A DNA stretch of 64,000 nt from Puia sp. (GTDB lineage Bacteria > Bacteroidota > Bacteroidia > Chitinophagales > Chitinophagaceae). Below the pieces are notes generated by a model. The model was not told where the DNA came from. It did no database searches and saw only the letters and a list, made by a program, of their open reading frames with translations. Position numbers and translations under genes: made by a program. Shown one piece after another: positions 50,661 to 59,049 of the stretch (position 1 is its first letter; each line of letters starts with the position of its first letter). The stretch lies in assembly GCA_035295505.1 (NCBI GenBank), contig DATGIX010000104.1, positions 10,809 through 74,808 on the forward strand, in the 5' to 3' direction.

Positions 50661-50738
50661 AGTGCAAATATATGTAAATAGTTGATAGTTGCAACATTCC
50701 AACTAATTATTTTTAAAACTATTTTATAGCTTTGCATC

Positions 50739-50876
50739 ATGCTTAATTTATACTTCATAATGTATGAATATAAATTCTTCGGGATATACTGGTATTACTT
50801 TGTGATTCTGATTTTTGCAATAATCATCGGCAAATACTTCTATGATAAATGGCGTGACAGGGATATGTATAAATAA
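50739..50876 (+). CDS. Small single-TM membrane protein (45 aa; not in ORF track)
   Basis: MLNLYFIMYEYKFFGIYWYYFVILIFAIIIGKYFYDKWRDRDMYK; TAGCTTTG ends 4 nt before the ATG. Confidence 0.55.
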   Translation: MLNLYFIMYEYKFFGIYWYYFVILIFAIIIGKYFYDKWRDRDMYK

Positions 50877-50883
50877 GCACAAA

Positions 50884-51387
50884 TCATTTAAACTCTATCG
50901 TATCAGAGTTGAATAGTAAATCAAAGCCATTGAACTTGTATTCATCCCTTAATCTTGTTCCTTCATCTGTCAGCCATTCAGATTTTACCCAATACAAACC
51001 TCTGTGCGTTCCTTTCTCTTGTAATAATCTCAGGATTTGGTGTTTGTTCAGGTTTCTCAGGCTTTCGCGGATATTGTGTTTGCTGCCTGTCAATTCTGTG
51101 AACTTATCTTGCACTTCTCTTAGCTTGCTTGCAACCCCGAGAATATCGAACACCTTAATGATTTGTACTTTCAAATCTGCTTTTAGCGGGAATGTTGATT
51201 GGCTCTGCATTTCATTATGTGGTGCAATTGGTGCAGCATTATCATTTACCTGAGATAACCTGAGATTTAGATTGCCAAACTTAATTCGCTTTATTACCTT
51301 ATCAATATCATTTACTTTATCTAAAAGCTCTTTCTTTTCTTTTGTCAAGCTCATTAATATCAGCTCAACATCTTGTGATTGTTCCAT
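50884..51387 (-). CDS. Hypothetical transposon cargo protein (N-terminal coiled coil)
   Basis: 167-aa ORF inside the TIRs; TAACTTTG at 51414-51421 upstream. Confidence 0.65.
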   Translation of the reverse strand: MEQSQDVELILMSLTKEKKELLDKVNDIDKVIKRIKFGNLNLRLSQVNDNAAPIAPHNEMQSQSTFPLKADLKVQIIKVFDILGVASKLREVQDKFTELTGSKHNIRESLRNLNKHQILRLLQEKGTHRGLYWVKSEWLTDEGTRLRDEYKFNGFDLLFNSDTIEFK

Positions 51388-51555
51388 TCTATTTGTTGTT
51401 TAATTAATAACTGCAAAGTTATCAATCAAATACAGCCATAAATAAAAACACGCGAGAATGTCGCGTGCTATCAGGTTTACTTTTGTTCTGACTACATATA
51501 TGCCATCAAAACCGCCATCACAGAACCCCACAAACTACAAACCATAAACTACAAA

Positions 51556-52620
51556 CTAAACCTTCACCAGCCACCCAAACCTGTCCTCAGCTTTTCCTAT
51601 ACGTATATCTGTGAGCGATTTTTTAACAGCCGGGGAGATTTTCCACTTATCAGTATCAAAATTCATCACAAAATCTTTGTAACGAAGTTCTTTAACCGGA
51701 GAGATGGTTGCCGCAGTCCCAGTACCAAAAACTTCAGTGAGATTCCCTGATTTATACGCGTCGATGACTTCATCGATATTAATCCTTCTTTGCTCAACTG
51801 ATAATCCCATTTCTTTTAAAATAGTCAGCACACTGTCTCTTGTTACGCCATTCAAAATCGTGCCTTCTTCTAATGATGGAGTAACTGCTTTATTGCCGAA
51901 AATAAAAACCACATTCATCATGCCCACTTCCTGCAGCCATTTGTGCTCAAATGCATCTGTCCATAAAACTTGGTCGTAGCCATGTTTTTTTGCAAGCATG
52001 GTTGGATACATAGCGCCTCCGTAATTTCCTGCATTTTTTGAAAACCCAACACCACCCGGAGCGGCACGTGTATATTTTTCTTCAACATAAATCTTTAATG
52101 GAGCAGCATAATATGGGCCGCAAGGGCAAAGCATGATGATAAACTTATAAGAATCAGACGGCTTCACACCAATCACATTATCAGTTGCAAACATCAATGG
52201 GCGGATATATAAGGAGCAATCTGCTTTTTCTGGAATCCAGTTTTTGTCAAGGTTGATGAGTTGTTTCATTCCTTCGATAAAAATTTCTTCGGGAACGGTT
52301 GGCATTTCCATCCGTTCTGCAGAAAGATTGAAGCGTTTGAAATTATCATCAGGGCGAAAAATAAATGCTTCGCCCTTTGTGTCTTTATATGCTTTGATGC
52401 CCTCAAAAATTGCCTGGCCATAATGAAGCGCCATTGTAGAAGGTTCAAGAAGGAGAGGCTGATATGGTTTTATTTCTACTGATTTCCATTCGCCGTTTTC
52501 ATAATCAGCTTCCAGCATGTGGTCGGTGAAATATTTTCCGAAAGGGAGATTATCAAAATCCATTTCGCGCAGTTTGCTGACTGCAGCTTTCGTAATTTTT
52601 ATGCCCATCGTATCTATCAT
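51556..52620 (-). CDS. ilvE: Branched-chain amino acid aminotransferase
   Basis: LHYGQAIFEGIKAY, LYIRP, KNAGNYG, ILNGVTRDS, GTGTAA. Confidence 0.95.
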   Translation of the reverse strand: MIDTMGIKITKAAVSKLREMDFDNLPFGKYFTDHMLEADYENGEWKSVEIKPYQPLLLEPSTMALHYGQAIFEGIKAYKDTKGEAFIFRPDDNFKRFNLSAERMEMPTVPEEIFIEGMKQLINLDKNWIPEKADCSLYIRPLMFATDNVIGVKPSDSYKFIIMLCPCGPYYAAPLKIYVEEKYTRAAPGGVGFSKNAGNYGGAMYPTMLAKKHGYDQVLWTDAFEHKWLQEVGMMNVVFIFGNKAVTPSLEEGTILNGVTRDSVLTILKEMGLSVEQRRINIDEVIDAYKSGNLTEVFGTGTAATISPVKELRYKDFVMNFDTDKWKISPAVKKSLTDIRIGKAEDRFGWLVKV

Positions 52621-52705
52621 AAGAATTTATTTTTTCCCGATGCAAAGAAACAAAGATTCTTTGTGATAGCAAAGCAAAAACTAACGATTGTTAGTTATGA
52701 AAAAA

Positions 52706-52903
52706 TTATTTCCGATTCTTTTGTTTAATTGCCCGATAAATTAAATAGCAACCGAAGAATGTTATTAATAAAGCTATTATTGAATAAATGATAGTATGAG
52801 AATGCATCATTAAGCTATCACCATAAAAAGCAGAAATGAAGAATAACCAACCAATTCCTAACAAGCATAATATTATCCCAAATCCTAAAATGCCAGTATC
52901 CAT
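52706..52903 (-). CDS. Small two-TM hypothetical protein
   Basis: 65-aa hydrophobic ORF. Confidence 0.5.
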   Translation of the reverse strand: MDTGILGFGIILCLLGIGWLFFISAFYGDSLMMHSHTIIYSIIALLITFFGCYLIYRAIKQKNRK

Positions 52904-52996
52904 TTTATTTTAATTTAAGCGTCAAGATAAAATTATTGATTTGACAAATTACTTCATTGAAGTTTTATAGCATAATTTTATCGTCAACTTTTAATA

Positions 52997-53506
52997 ATGA
53001 GCCTGAACGAAGTTCAATTACCATCAATATCAATCTCCGGTTTATACAAAAACACTCTCGTCACATTAACCGTAGAGAAAAAAATTATTGAAACGAAAAC
53101 AGCAATTGCTCCGAAATCCTTAGGCGGAAATAAAAAAAATATCTTGATTCTTGCAAAAAGCAGTGATGCCGTTTTTGTAAACGACAAGCAATTGTCTTTC
53201 CTCACAAAATTGCTCGAAGCATGCAAAATAAATATCGGTGATGTTGCGATTGTTAATGATATAAAAGAACAATTCACCATCAGCGAACTGAAAGAAGAAT
53301 TTCATCCAAAATCACTGATACTTTTTGGCTGCAGCCCCGCTTCTATCAAACTGCCGATTGAATTCCCGATGTTCAAGCTGCAGGAATTTGGCGGTTGCAC
53401 TTATTTATGTGCGCCGACCCTGGAAGAATTGGATATGGATACAAACGATGGAAAAGTTTTGAAAAGCAAGCTTTGGGTATGTTTGAAAAAATTATTTGAA
53501 TTGTGA
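52997..53506 (+). CDS. Hypothetical protein (resembles Bacteroidota DNA polymerase III psi-like proteins)
   Basis: LGGNKKNILIL, FLTKLLEAC, KSKLWVCLKKLF; upstream of rdgB. Confidence 0.5.
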   Translation: MSLNEVQLPSISISGLYKNTLVTLTVEKKIIETKTAIAPKSLGGNKKNILILAKSSDAVFVNDKQLSFLTKLLEACKINIGDVAIVNDIKEQFTISELKEEFHPKSLILFGCSPASIKLPIEFPMFKLQEFGGCTYLCAPTLEELDMDTNDGKVLKSKLWVCLKKLFEL

Positions 53507-53508
53507 TT

Positions 53509-54093
53509 ATGACCAAGCTAATTTTTGCAACTAACAATGAACATAAGGTAGAAGAAATACAATCTGCTATTGGCAATATTATAGATGTGATTAGCCTGAA
53601 GCAGGCAGGCATTGACATCGATATTCCCGAACCCCATGATACGCTTGAAGAAAACGCATCTGAAAAATCAAGAACGATTCATAGGCTTACAAAAATAAAT
53701 TGTTTCAGCGAAGACACAGGACTTGAGGTGGAAGCATTGAATAGTGAGCCAGGAGTGAAAAGTGCACGGTATGCCGGTGAGGACAAATCTTTTGATAAAA
53801 ACATTGATAAGCTATTATCAAAACTTGGCGACAATAAAAACCGCAAAGCTCAATTCAGGACTGTTGTTTCGTTGATATTGGATGACAAAGAATATTTGTT
53901 TGAAGGAATTTGTGAAGGCGGTATATTAACAGAAAGAAAGGGCGAAAAGGGATTTGGCTACGACCCGGTTTTTATACCAGATGGCAGCGAAAAAACTTTT
54001 GCGGAAATGAGCATGGATGAAAAAAATGAATATAGTCACCGAAAAAAAGCGGCGGATAAAATGATAAAGTTTCTCCAAGAGAAAATCAAATAG
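53509..54093 (+). CDS. rdgB: Non-canonical purine NTP pyrophosphatase (Ham1 family)
   Basis: FATNNEHK, EDTGLEV, PGVKSARY, GFGYDPVF, SHRKKA. Confidence 0.95.
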   Translation: MTKLIFATNNEHKVEEIQSAIGNIIDVISLKQAGIDIDIPEPHDTLEENASEKSRTIHRLTKINCFSEDTGLEVEALNSEPGVKSARYAGEDKSFDKNIDKLLSKLGDNKNRKAQFRTVVSLILDDKEYLFEGICEGGILTERKGEKGFGYDPVFIPDGSEKTFAEMSMDEKNEYSHRKKAADKMIKFLQEKIK

Positions 54094-54157
54094 CAAATAT
54101 GCCACTGAAAAACTAAAGCTCTGAACTATTCTGTGTTTCAGTGGCAAATAAAATTTT

Positions 54158-54589
54158 ATGGCAAGAATAAAGATTGATTTACCGGAACAATTTTCATTTC
54201 TAACGGAAATCCCTATCCGCATAACAGATTTGAATTATGGCGGTCATGTCGGCAACGATATTGTGCTGTCGCTTATTCATGAAGCAAGAGTGCAATTTCT
54301 AAAACATGCAGGTTATACTGAACTTGATTTTTCTGGAGTCGGATTAATCATGAGCGATGTCGCCATCGAATTCAAGAATGAAATTTTTTATGGAGATATT
54401 ATCAAAGCTTCTATTACAGCGAAAGAATTTTCCAGAGTAGGGTTTGATATTTTTTACAAGCTTGAAAAAGAATCAAGCAATAAAATGATTTTATTAGCTA
54501 TTGCAAAAACCGGGATGGTTTGTTATAATTATCAGACAAAAAAAATTGCGGCTGTTCCTGATGAAGCAAGAGTGAAGTTGAGTAGCTGA
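54158..54589 (+). CDS. Acyl-CoA thioesterase (hotdog fold)
   Basis: RITDLNYGGHVGND, HEAR. Confidence 0.85.
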   Translation: MARIKIDLPEQFSFLTEIPIRITDLNYGGHVGNDIVLSLIHEARVQFLKHAGYTELDFSGVGLIMSDVAIEFKNEIFYGDIIKASITAKEFSRVGFDIFYKLEKESSNKMILLAIAKTGMVCYNYQTKKIAAVPDEARVKLSS

Positions 54590-54593
54590 AATA

Positions 54594-55328
54594 TTATGAA
54601 TTCCAAATTCTCCAGCTTTCTTCCGCCTGCAGCACGAGCATTTCAAGCCCGTTCTCAATTACAGCTCCACGTTCCTCTCCTTTTTGCAAAAAAGCTGTTT
54701 TTGCAGGGTTATAAATCAAATCAAAAAAATAATGCTGAGATGTGATTGCCTGATAAGTGATTTCAGGATATGCATAGACGTTAGGATACATTCCGATGGG
54801 AGAAGTATTAACAATCAGTTGATGAGACCTGATAATATTTTCATTTAAATCATTGTAGCTAATCGCATTTTCAGAAGAGGGTTTTCTTGAAACTAATTTA
54901 TATTCAATCCCCAATTTCTTCATCACATACTCAACTGCTTTTGCCGCACCGCCAGTTCCCAATATCAAAGCATTCTTGTGATGTGCTTTCAATTTTTTCT
55001 TCAGTGAAATTTCAAAGCCGACAACATCAGTATTAAATCCGTACAATTTTCTGTCAATGATTTTAATGCAATTGCATGCATTAATTTGTTCTACAACTTC
55101 GTTTTTAAAATCTAAAAAAGGGATGACTTGTTCTTTGTAAGGAATCGTTACATTCAATCCGCACAACTCCGCTTCTGATAAAATGATGGAAGAAATTTCC
55201 TGAATTGCTGGGATAGAAAAATTCTGATAAGAACAATCTTCAATATTTTCTTTATTGAATTTTTCCGTGAAATATTTCTGCGAAAAAGAATGGCTAAGCG
55301 GATATCCTATCAGCCCGAACTTTCTCAC
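54594..55328 (-). CDS. aroE: Shikimate dehydrogenase
   Basis: GYPLSHSFS, GLNVTIPYK, NTDVVG, LGTGGAA, YNP, NGLEML. Confidence 0.95.
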   Translation of the reverse strand: MRKFGLIGYPLSHSFSQKYFTEKFNKENIEDCSYQNFSIPAIQEISSIILSEAELCGLNVTIPYKEQVIPFLDFKNEVVEQINACNCIKIIDRKLYGFNTDVVGFEISLKKKLKAHHKNALILGTGGAAKAVEYVMKKLGIEYKLVSRKPSSENAISYNDLNENIIRSHQLIVNTSPIGMYPNVYAYPEITYQAITSQHYFFDLIYNPAKTAFLQKGEERGAVIENGLEMLVLQAEESWRIWNS

Positions 55329-56098
55329 TTATTTTCTTTTTTATCGAGGAACAAATGGAAGGTATCACCACGAAGCCCAATGCGCATCGCTTCTAAAGGA
55401 ATCACTTCTGTTGGAGCGATATTACCAAGGTTCACATTACAACCAATCAGTTCAATAAAATATAATTGTTGCGATTTTTGTGGTGCCTCCCACAAAATTT
55501 TTTCTGCGGGTATCTGTGTCAGAATTTCCTGTACCAATCCTTCACGCACTTCACCGCTTCCACGATAAATACCTACGTTGCCCGCTTCGCGTGCTTCCGC
55601 AATTACGTAAGATGCGCCTGCATTTAATTCAGCACGCATCAATTCAATCCATTTGTATGGCGGGATGATATGCTCTGCATCTTTACTCCCAACTTCACTC
55701 AACACTGTTCCATGTTTCGTCATCTTTTCTATGTAGCCGCATTTTTCAGCATGAGGGATATTGATAGAACCATCGCTCACTTCCATATAAGTGATTCCGT
55801 ATTCTTTGCAAACATTAATGTATTCATCAAACATGTTTCTTATCAGAAATGCCTCGAACAATGTGCCGCCGAAATAAACAGGAATATTATAAGATTTATA
55901 AACTTCAAGCTTCTCTTTCAAAACAGGTGTAACAAAAGAAGTTCCGAAACCAAGCTTTACAATATCCACATGCGGATATGAAATACTTAAAAAGTTTTTT
56001 GTCTCTTCTACACTAAGACCTTTGTCCATCACCATCGTAATGCCGCTCTTTCTTGGCTGAGAAATTCTATCAGGAATCTGTGATAATTTAAAATTCAT
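55325..56098 (-). CDS. comA: Phosphosulfolactate synthase (ComA) family protein
   Basis: GITMVMDKGL, DIVKLGFGT, FGGTLFE, EVSDG, SEVGSK, EARE; start 56098. Confidence 0.85.
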   Translation of the reverse strand: MNFKLSQIPDRISQPRKSGITMVMDKGLSVEETKNFLSISYPHVDIVKLGFGTSFVTPVLKEKLEVYKSYNIPVYFGGTLFEAFLIRNMFDEYINVCKEYGITYMEVSDGSINIPHAEKCGYIEKMTKHGTVLSEVGSKDAEHIIPPYKWIELMRAELNAGASYVIAEAREAGNVGIYRGSGEVREGLVQEILTQIPAEKILWEAPQKSQQLYFIELIGCNVNLGNIAPTEVIPLEAMRIGLRGDTFHLFLDKKENK

Positions 56099-56263
56099 CT
56101 TTGTTTGTTGAAATGTAAAAACTGCGCAAAAATAAGGAACTATGCAATACGGTAGTGAATGGCGAATTGTCAATGGTCAATATCAACAGCAGAAAAACAG
56201 CATTGACTAAATTGTATAGCCACTCGAATCATGAACCTCATATCCAAAATGGGCCATCAGGAG

Positions 56264-57685
56264 CTAAAACAATTTATTCTTTTTGTATCGCGCAATCACG
56301 TCAACAACTGATTGATATTGCAGTATAGAAGGATTCAGTTCTACCATTTTCTTTAGTAGCTTAGGTGATTGGCTCATCGCTTTTTCCAATTGCAGCAACC
56401 CTTGTTTTGATTTTCCCAATGCAAAATAAATGGCGCTCAGATAAAAAATGAAAATCGATTTGCCATTGGTGATGCGAATTGCAGCTTGTGTTTGCTCTAA
56501 TGCTTCGTCAAAAAATCTGGCATTATATAAACATCTTATCAATGCTTCCCAGCTTGAAATATTTTTTGGCCGTACACGCACAACATTGGAGAAATATTGA
56601 ACAGCGTCTTTGTATTCACCCAATTGCATTTTGCACTCTCCCATTGCCAGATTATATTCAGCCTGGTTAGGATGAATGCGCATCGCTGTTTCAAGATATT
56701 TCACAGCATTCACCCAGTTTTCTTCATTCAGATAAGTGCATGCGATTTTATAATACAATTTGCTGTCATCGGAATTGAGATGAGATGCTTTTCTATAATA
56801 AATTCTTGCCTGCGCGTAATTGTTAAGCTTGTCATGACAATGCGCAATAGCTTCATAAATCACGTCTTCAGGACGGCTTAATTCTATTACTTTTTCAAGT
56901 GCTTCAATCGCATCTTTAAATTTTCTTAACCTGATATATGCATCGCCCATATTGCGATAAGCATAATCGAATTTTTCATCAATTGCAATGGCGTATTTGT
57001 AGGCATCAATTGCTTTCTCATATAATTTCAATCCCTGATAAGAAGCCGCAAGATTGAACCACGCGAGCTCACTGTATGGATAGTCATCGATTATTTTTTG
57101 ATGAAGGCGGATGCTCTCTTCATTTCTTCCGGTGAAATCAGTCCAGAAACAAATTTTATATAATGCCTCTTCATTATTCGGGTCTTCTTCTAAAATCAAT
57201 TTTAAGCAATCGAATATTTTGTCGAACTCTTCATAATCGTCGTACACGTCTGACAATTCAAACAACAATTCAATGCGCTCCTGCCCTTCAAAATGCTGTA
57301 ATGCATGCTGCAAAATCATAACAGCTTTTTCCTGCTGGTCGAGTGCGAGATATGCATCTGTTTTTAAAATATAAAGATTAATATCAGAGCTATCGAAAAG
57401 TTCAGCCTTTTCAAGAATGCGCAGCGCATCATTATATTTTCTTGTCGCAATCATCAAATCTGCTTTCTTAATAAGCAACACAGACGAAAAAGGGAATTGC
57501 TCAATGCCTAATTCAACGGCTTCGAGCGCCTGCGGCAATTCTTCTATGTCATCAAAATAGTCGATTATTTTTTCGAAAGATTCTTCGTCCAAAAAAGAGT
57601 TAGTTAGCCCTGTGCGAAGGTTCTGATAGCGCTTAAGTAGCTCTTTCAAATCTTCATTATCGTATTGGTAGGGATTTTCTTTCAT
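56264..57685 (-). CDS. Tetratricopeptide repeat protein
   Basis: Multiple TPR-like helices (AWFNLAASY, AYRNMGDAY); start MKENPY at 57685. Confidence 0.88.
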   Translation of the reverse strand: MKENPYQYDNEDLKELLKRYQNLRTGLTNSFLDEESFEKIIDYFDDIEELPQALEAVELGIEQFPFSSVLLIKKADLMIATRKYNDALRILEKAELFDSSDINLYILKTDAYLALDQQEKAVMILQHALQHFEGQERIELLFELSDVYDDYEEFDKIFDCLKLILEEDPNNEEALYKICFWTDFTGRNEESIRLHQKIIDDYPYSELAWFNLAASYQGLKLYEKAIDAYKYAIAIDEKFDYAYRNMGDAYIRLRKFKDAIEALEKVIELSRPEDVIYEAIAHCHDKLNNYAQARIYYRKASHLNSDDSKLYYKIACTYLNEENWVNAVKYLETAMRIHPNQAEYNLAMGECKMQLGEYKDAVQYFSNVVRVRPKNISSWEALIRCLYNARFFDEALEQTQAAIRITNGKSIFIFYLSAIYFALGKSKQGLLQLEKAMSQSPKLLKKMVELNPSILQYQSVVDVIARYKKNKLF

Positions 57686-57916
57686 AATCTGGTAAGAATT
57701 GTAAGTTAATACATTCGTTCGTCCAAACAAATTTGAAGTTATAGGCAACCAAATTCCAAATAAAACAGTATTAATTAACAATAGCTAAAGAAATGTGAAT
57801 AAACAGCTTAAGTGTGAATTGTAACATTTTGCCGACATTTGCGTTAAAGAAATACTAAAACAAGGGATGAACGGTTAAAAAATACCAAAAGTTTTTTATT
57901 ATATTTGTAGCGTAAA

Positions 57917-58300
57917 ATGAGTATTAAAACTAACATACAAAGTAGAAAGTTGATACTGCAAAGTGCGTTGAGCTTATTGTTGATAATTGCAGTTGTCATT
58001 GCTTTTGCAAGCAAAGGTGGTGGCGACAAAAAGAAGAATGTAGCATCAAAAGCAGAATTTGCACCTATCAATATTTCCAGCGCTTTCACATTGAAAAACG
58101 GTACCACTTACATGGGCAGCCACATTTTCAATCAGCAAAGAGACAGGTCGAATATTTCTGTTAACACCGTTATTACTTATCAGAAAGGCAACACGATTTA
58201 TATCATGCCTTACAAATACAAAGTGAGCATTTCTCCACTGAACAATTCTTCTAAAACTAATCTTCAATTATTAGATTTGAAGATTAATGTTCACAAATAA
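57917..58300 (+). CDS. Secreted/membrane-anchored hypothetical protein
   Basis: N-terminal TM helix; YQKGNTIYIMPYKYK. Confidence 0.65.
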   Translation: MSIKTNIQSRKLILQSALSLLLIIAVVIAFASKGGGDKKKNVASKAEFAPINISSAFTLKNGTTYMGSHIFNQQRDRSNISVNTVITYQKGNTIYIMPYKYKVSISPLNNSSKTNLQLLDLKINVHK

Positions 58301-58313
58301 TCTGTTGAATTTT

Positions 58314-58967
58314 CTATTTTGATTTTTTGCTTTCTTCGTAGGTCATCTCGCGATAACCGCTTTTTGGCAAGTCGAACTTTGATGCAGGAACAGGGTTGAG
58401 ATTGATTTTTGAAACCGTGTATTGAATCTTGAAATTCCCATTTGCTAACTCATACTGCAAAGGAAGCCCATCCAGGTTTTTGAATCTTGGATTATAGTCT
58501 TTATTATCAGGAACAATTTCTGTGGTGTAATAAGCAATAATGTCTAACCCATTTTTTGTTTTGCCCACAGCTTTGATGCATTTATAACCAGCAATGGTTT
58601 TCGTTTCGGAAGTGTTCGCGAAAACTGTGCCATCATAAGCTTTATTCATGTCCTGCCAGTTTTCCTGACTTAAGCGAATGAGCAATTTCTGTCCACTTAC
58701 TTCTTTCAAAAGAACAGCCTGACCGGTTTTTGAATCGTAAATAGTAGAAGAAGAAAACAATGCGCTCGATGTTTCTGAACGAACGAGGTTTCCTTTAATA
58801 TAGATTGTATTCGTTGCGACATCTTTTGAGGCTTTAGCTGAATTATTTGATATCGTAGTGTAATCATACACAACTGTCAGCTCAGAGACTTTCTTTTGAG
58901 CCTTTACCGAATTTAATAAGCTTACAAAAAAACAAAAAAGAACCAAGGCGAATTTCAAAGGTTTCAT
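58314..58967 (-). CDS. Secreted hypothetical protein (DUF4412/GLPGLI-like)
   Basis: Signal peptide; ETKTIAGYKCIKA and GLPLQY motifs. Confidence 0.65.
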   Translation of the reverse strand: MKPLKFALVLFCFFVSLLNSVKAQKKVSELTVVYDYTTISNNSAKASKDVATNTIYIKGNLVRSETSSALFSSSTIYDSKTGQAVLLKEVSGQKLLIRLSQENWQDMNKAYDGTVFANTSETKTIAGYKCIKAVGKTKNGLDIIAYYTTEIVPDNKDYNPRFKNLDGLPLQYELANGNFKIQYTVSKINLNPVPASKFDLPKSGYREMTYEESKKSK

Positions 58968-59049
58968 TTTGTGAATTTAAGTAAAATATAGACTGAAAAA
59001 GAATCAGGAAGATTAATGTGGCAGGGGCTGCGAGCCCTGAGCTATTAGC

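Larger units (their letters stand above)
47458..51504. mobile_element. IS1595-family cargo transposon (4,047 bp)
   Basis: TIRs ggcatatatgtactcaaaacaaaagtaaa (47458-47486) and tttacttttgttctgactacatatatgcc (51476-51504), 27/29 match; direct repeat atcaaaac at 47450-47457 and 51505-51512; internal IS1595 transposase. Confidence 0.93.
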
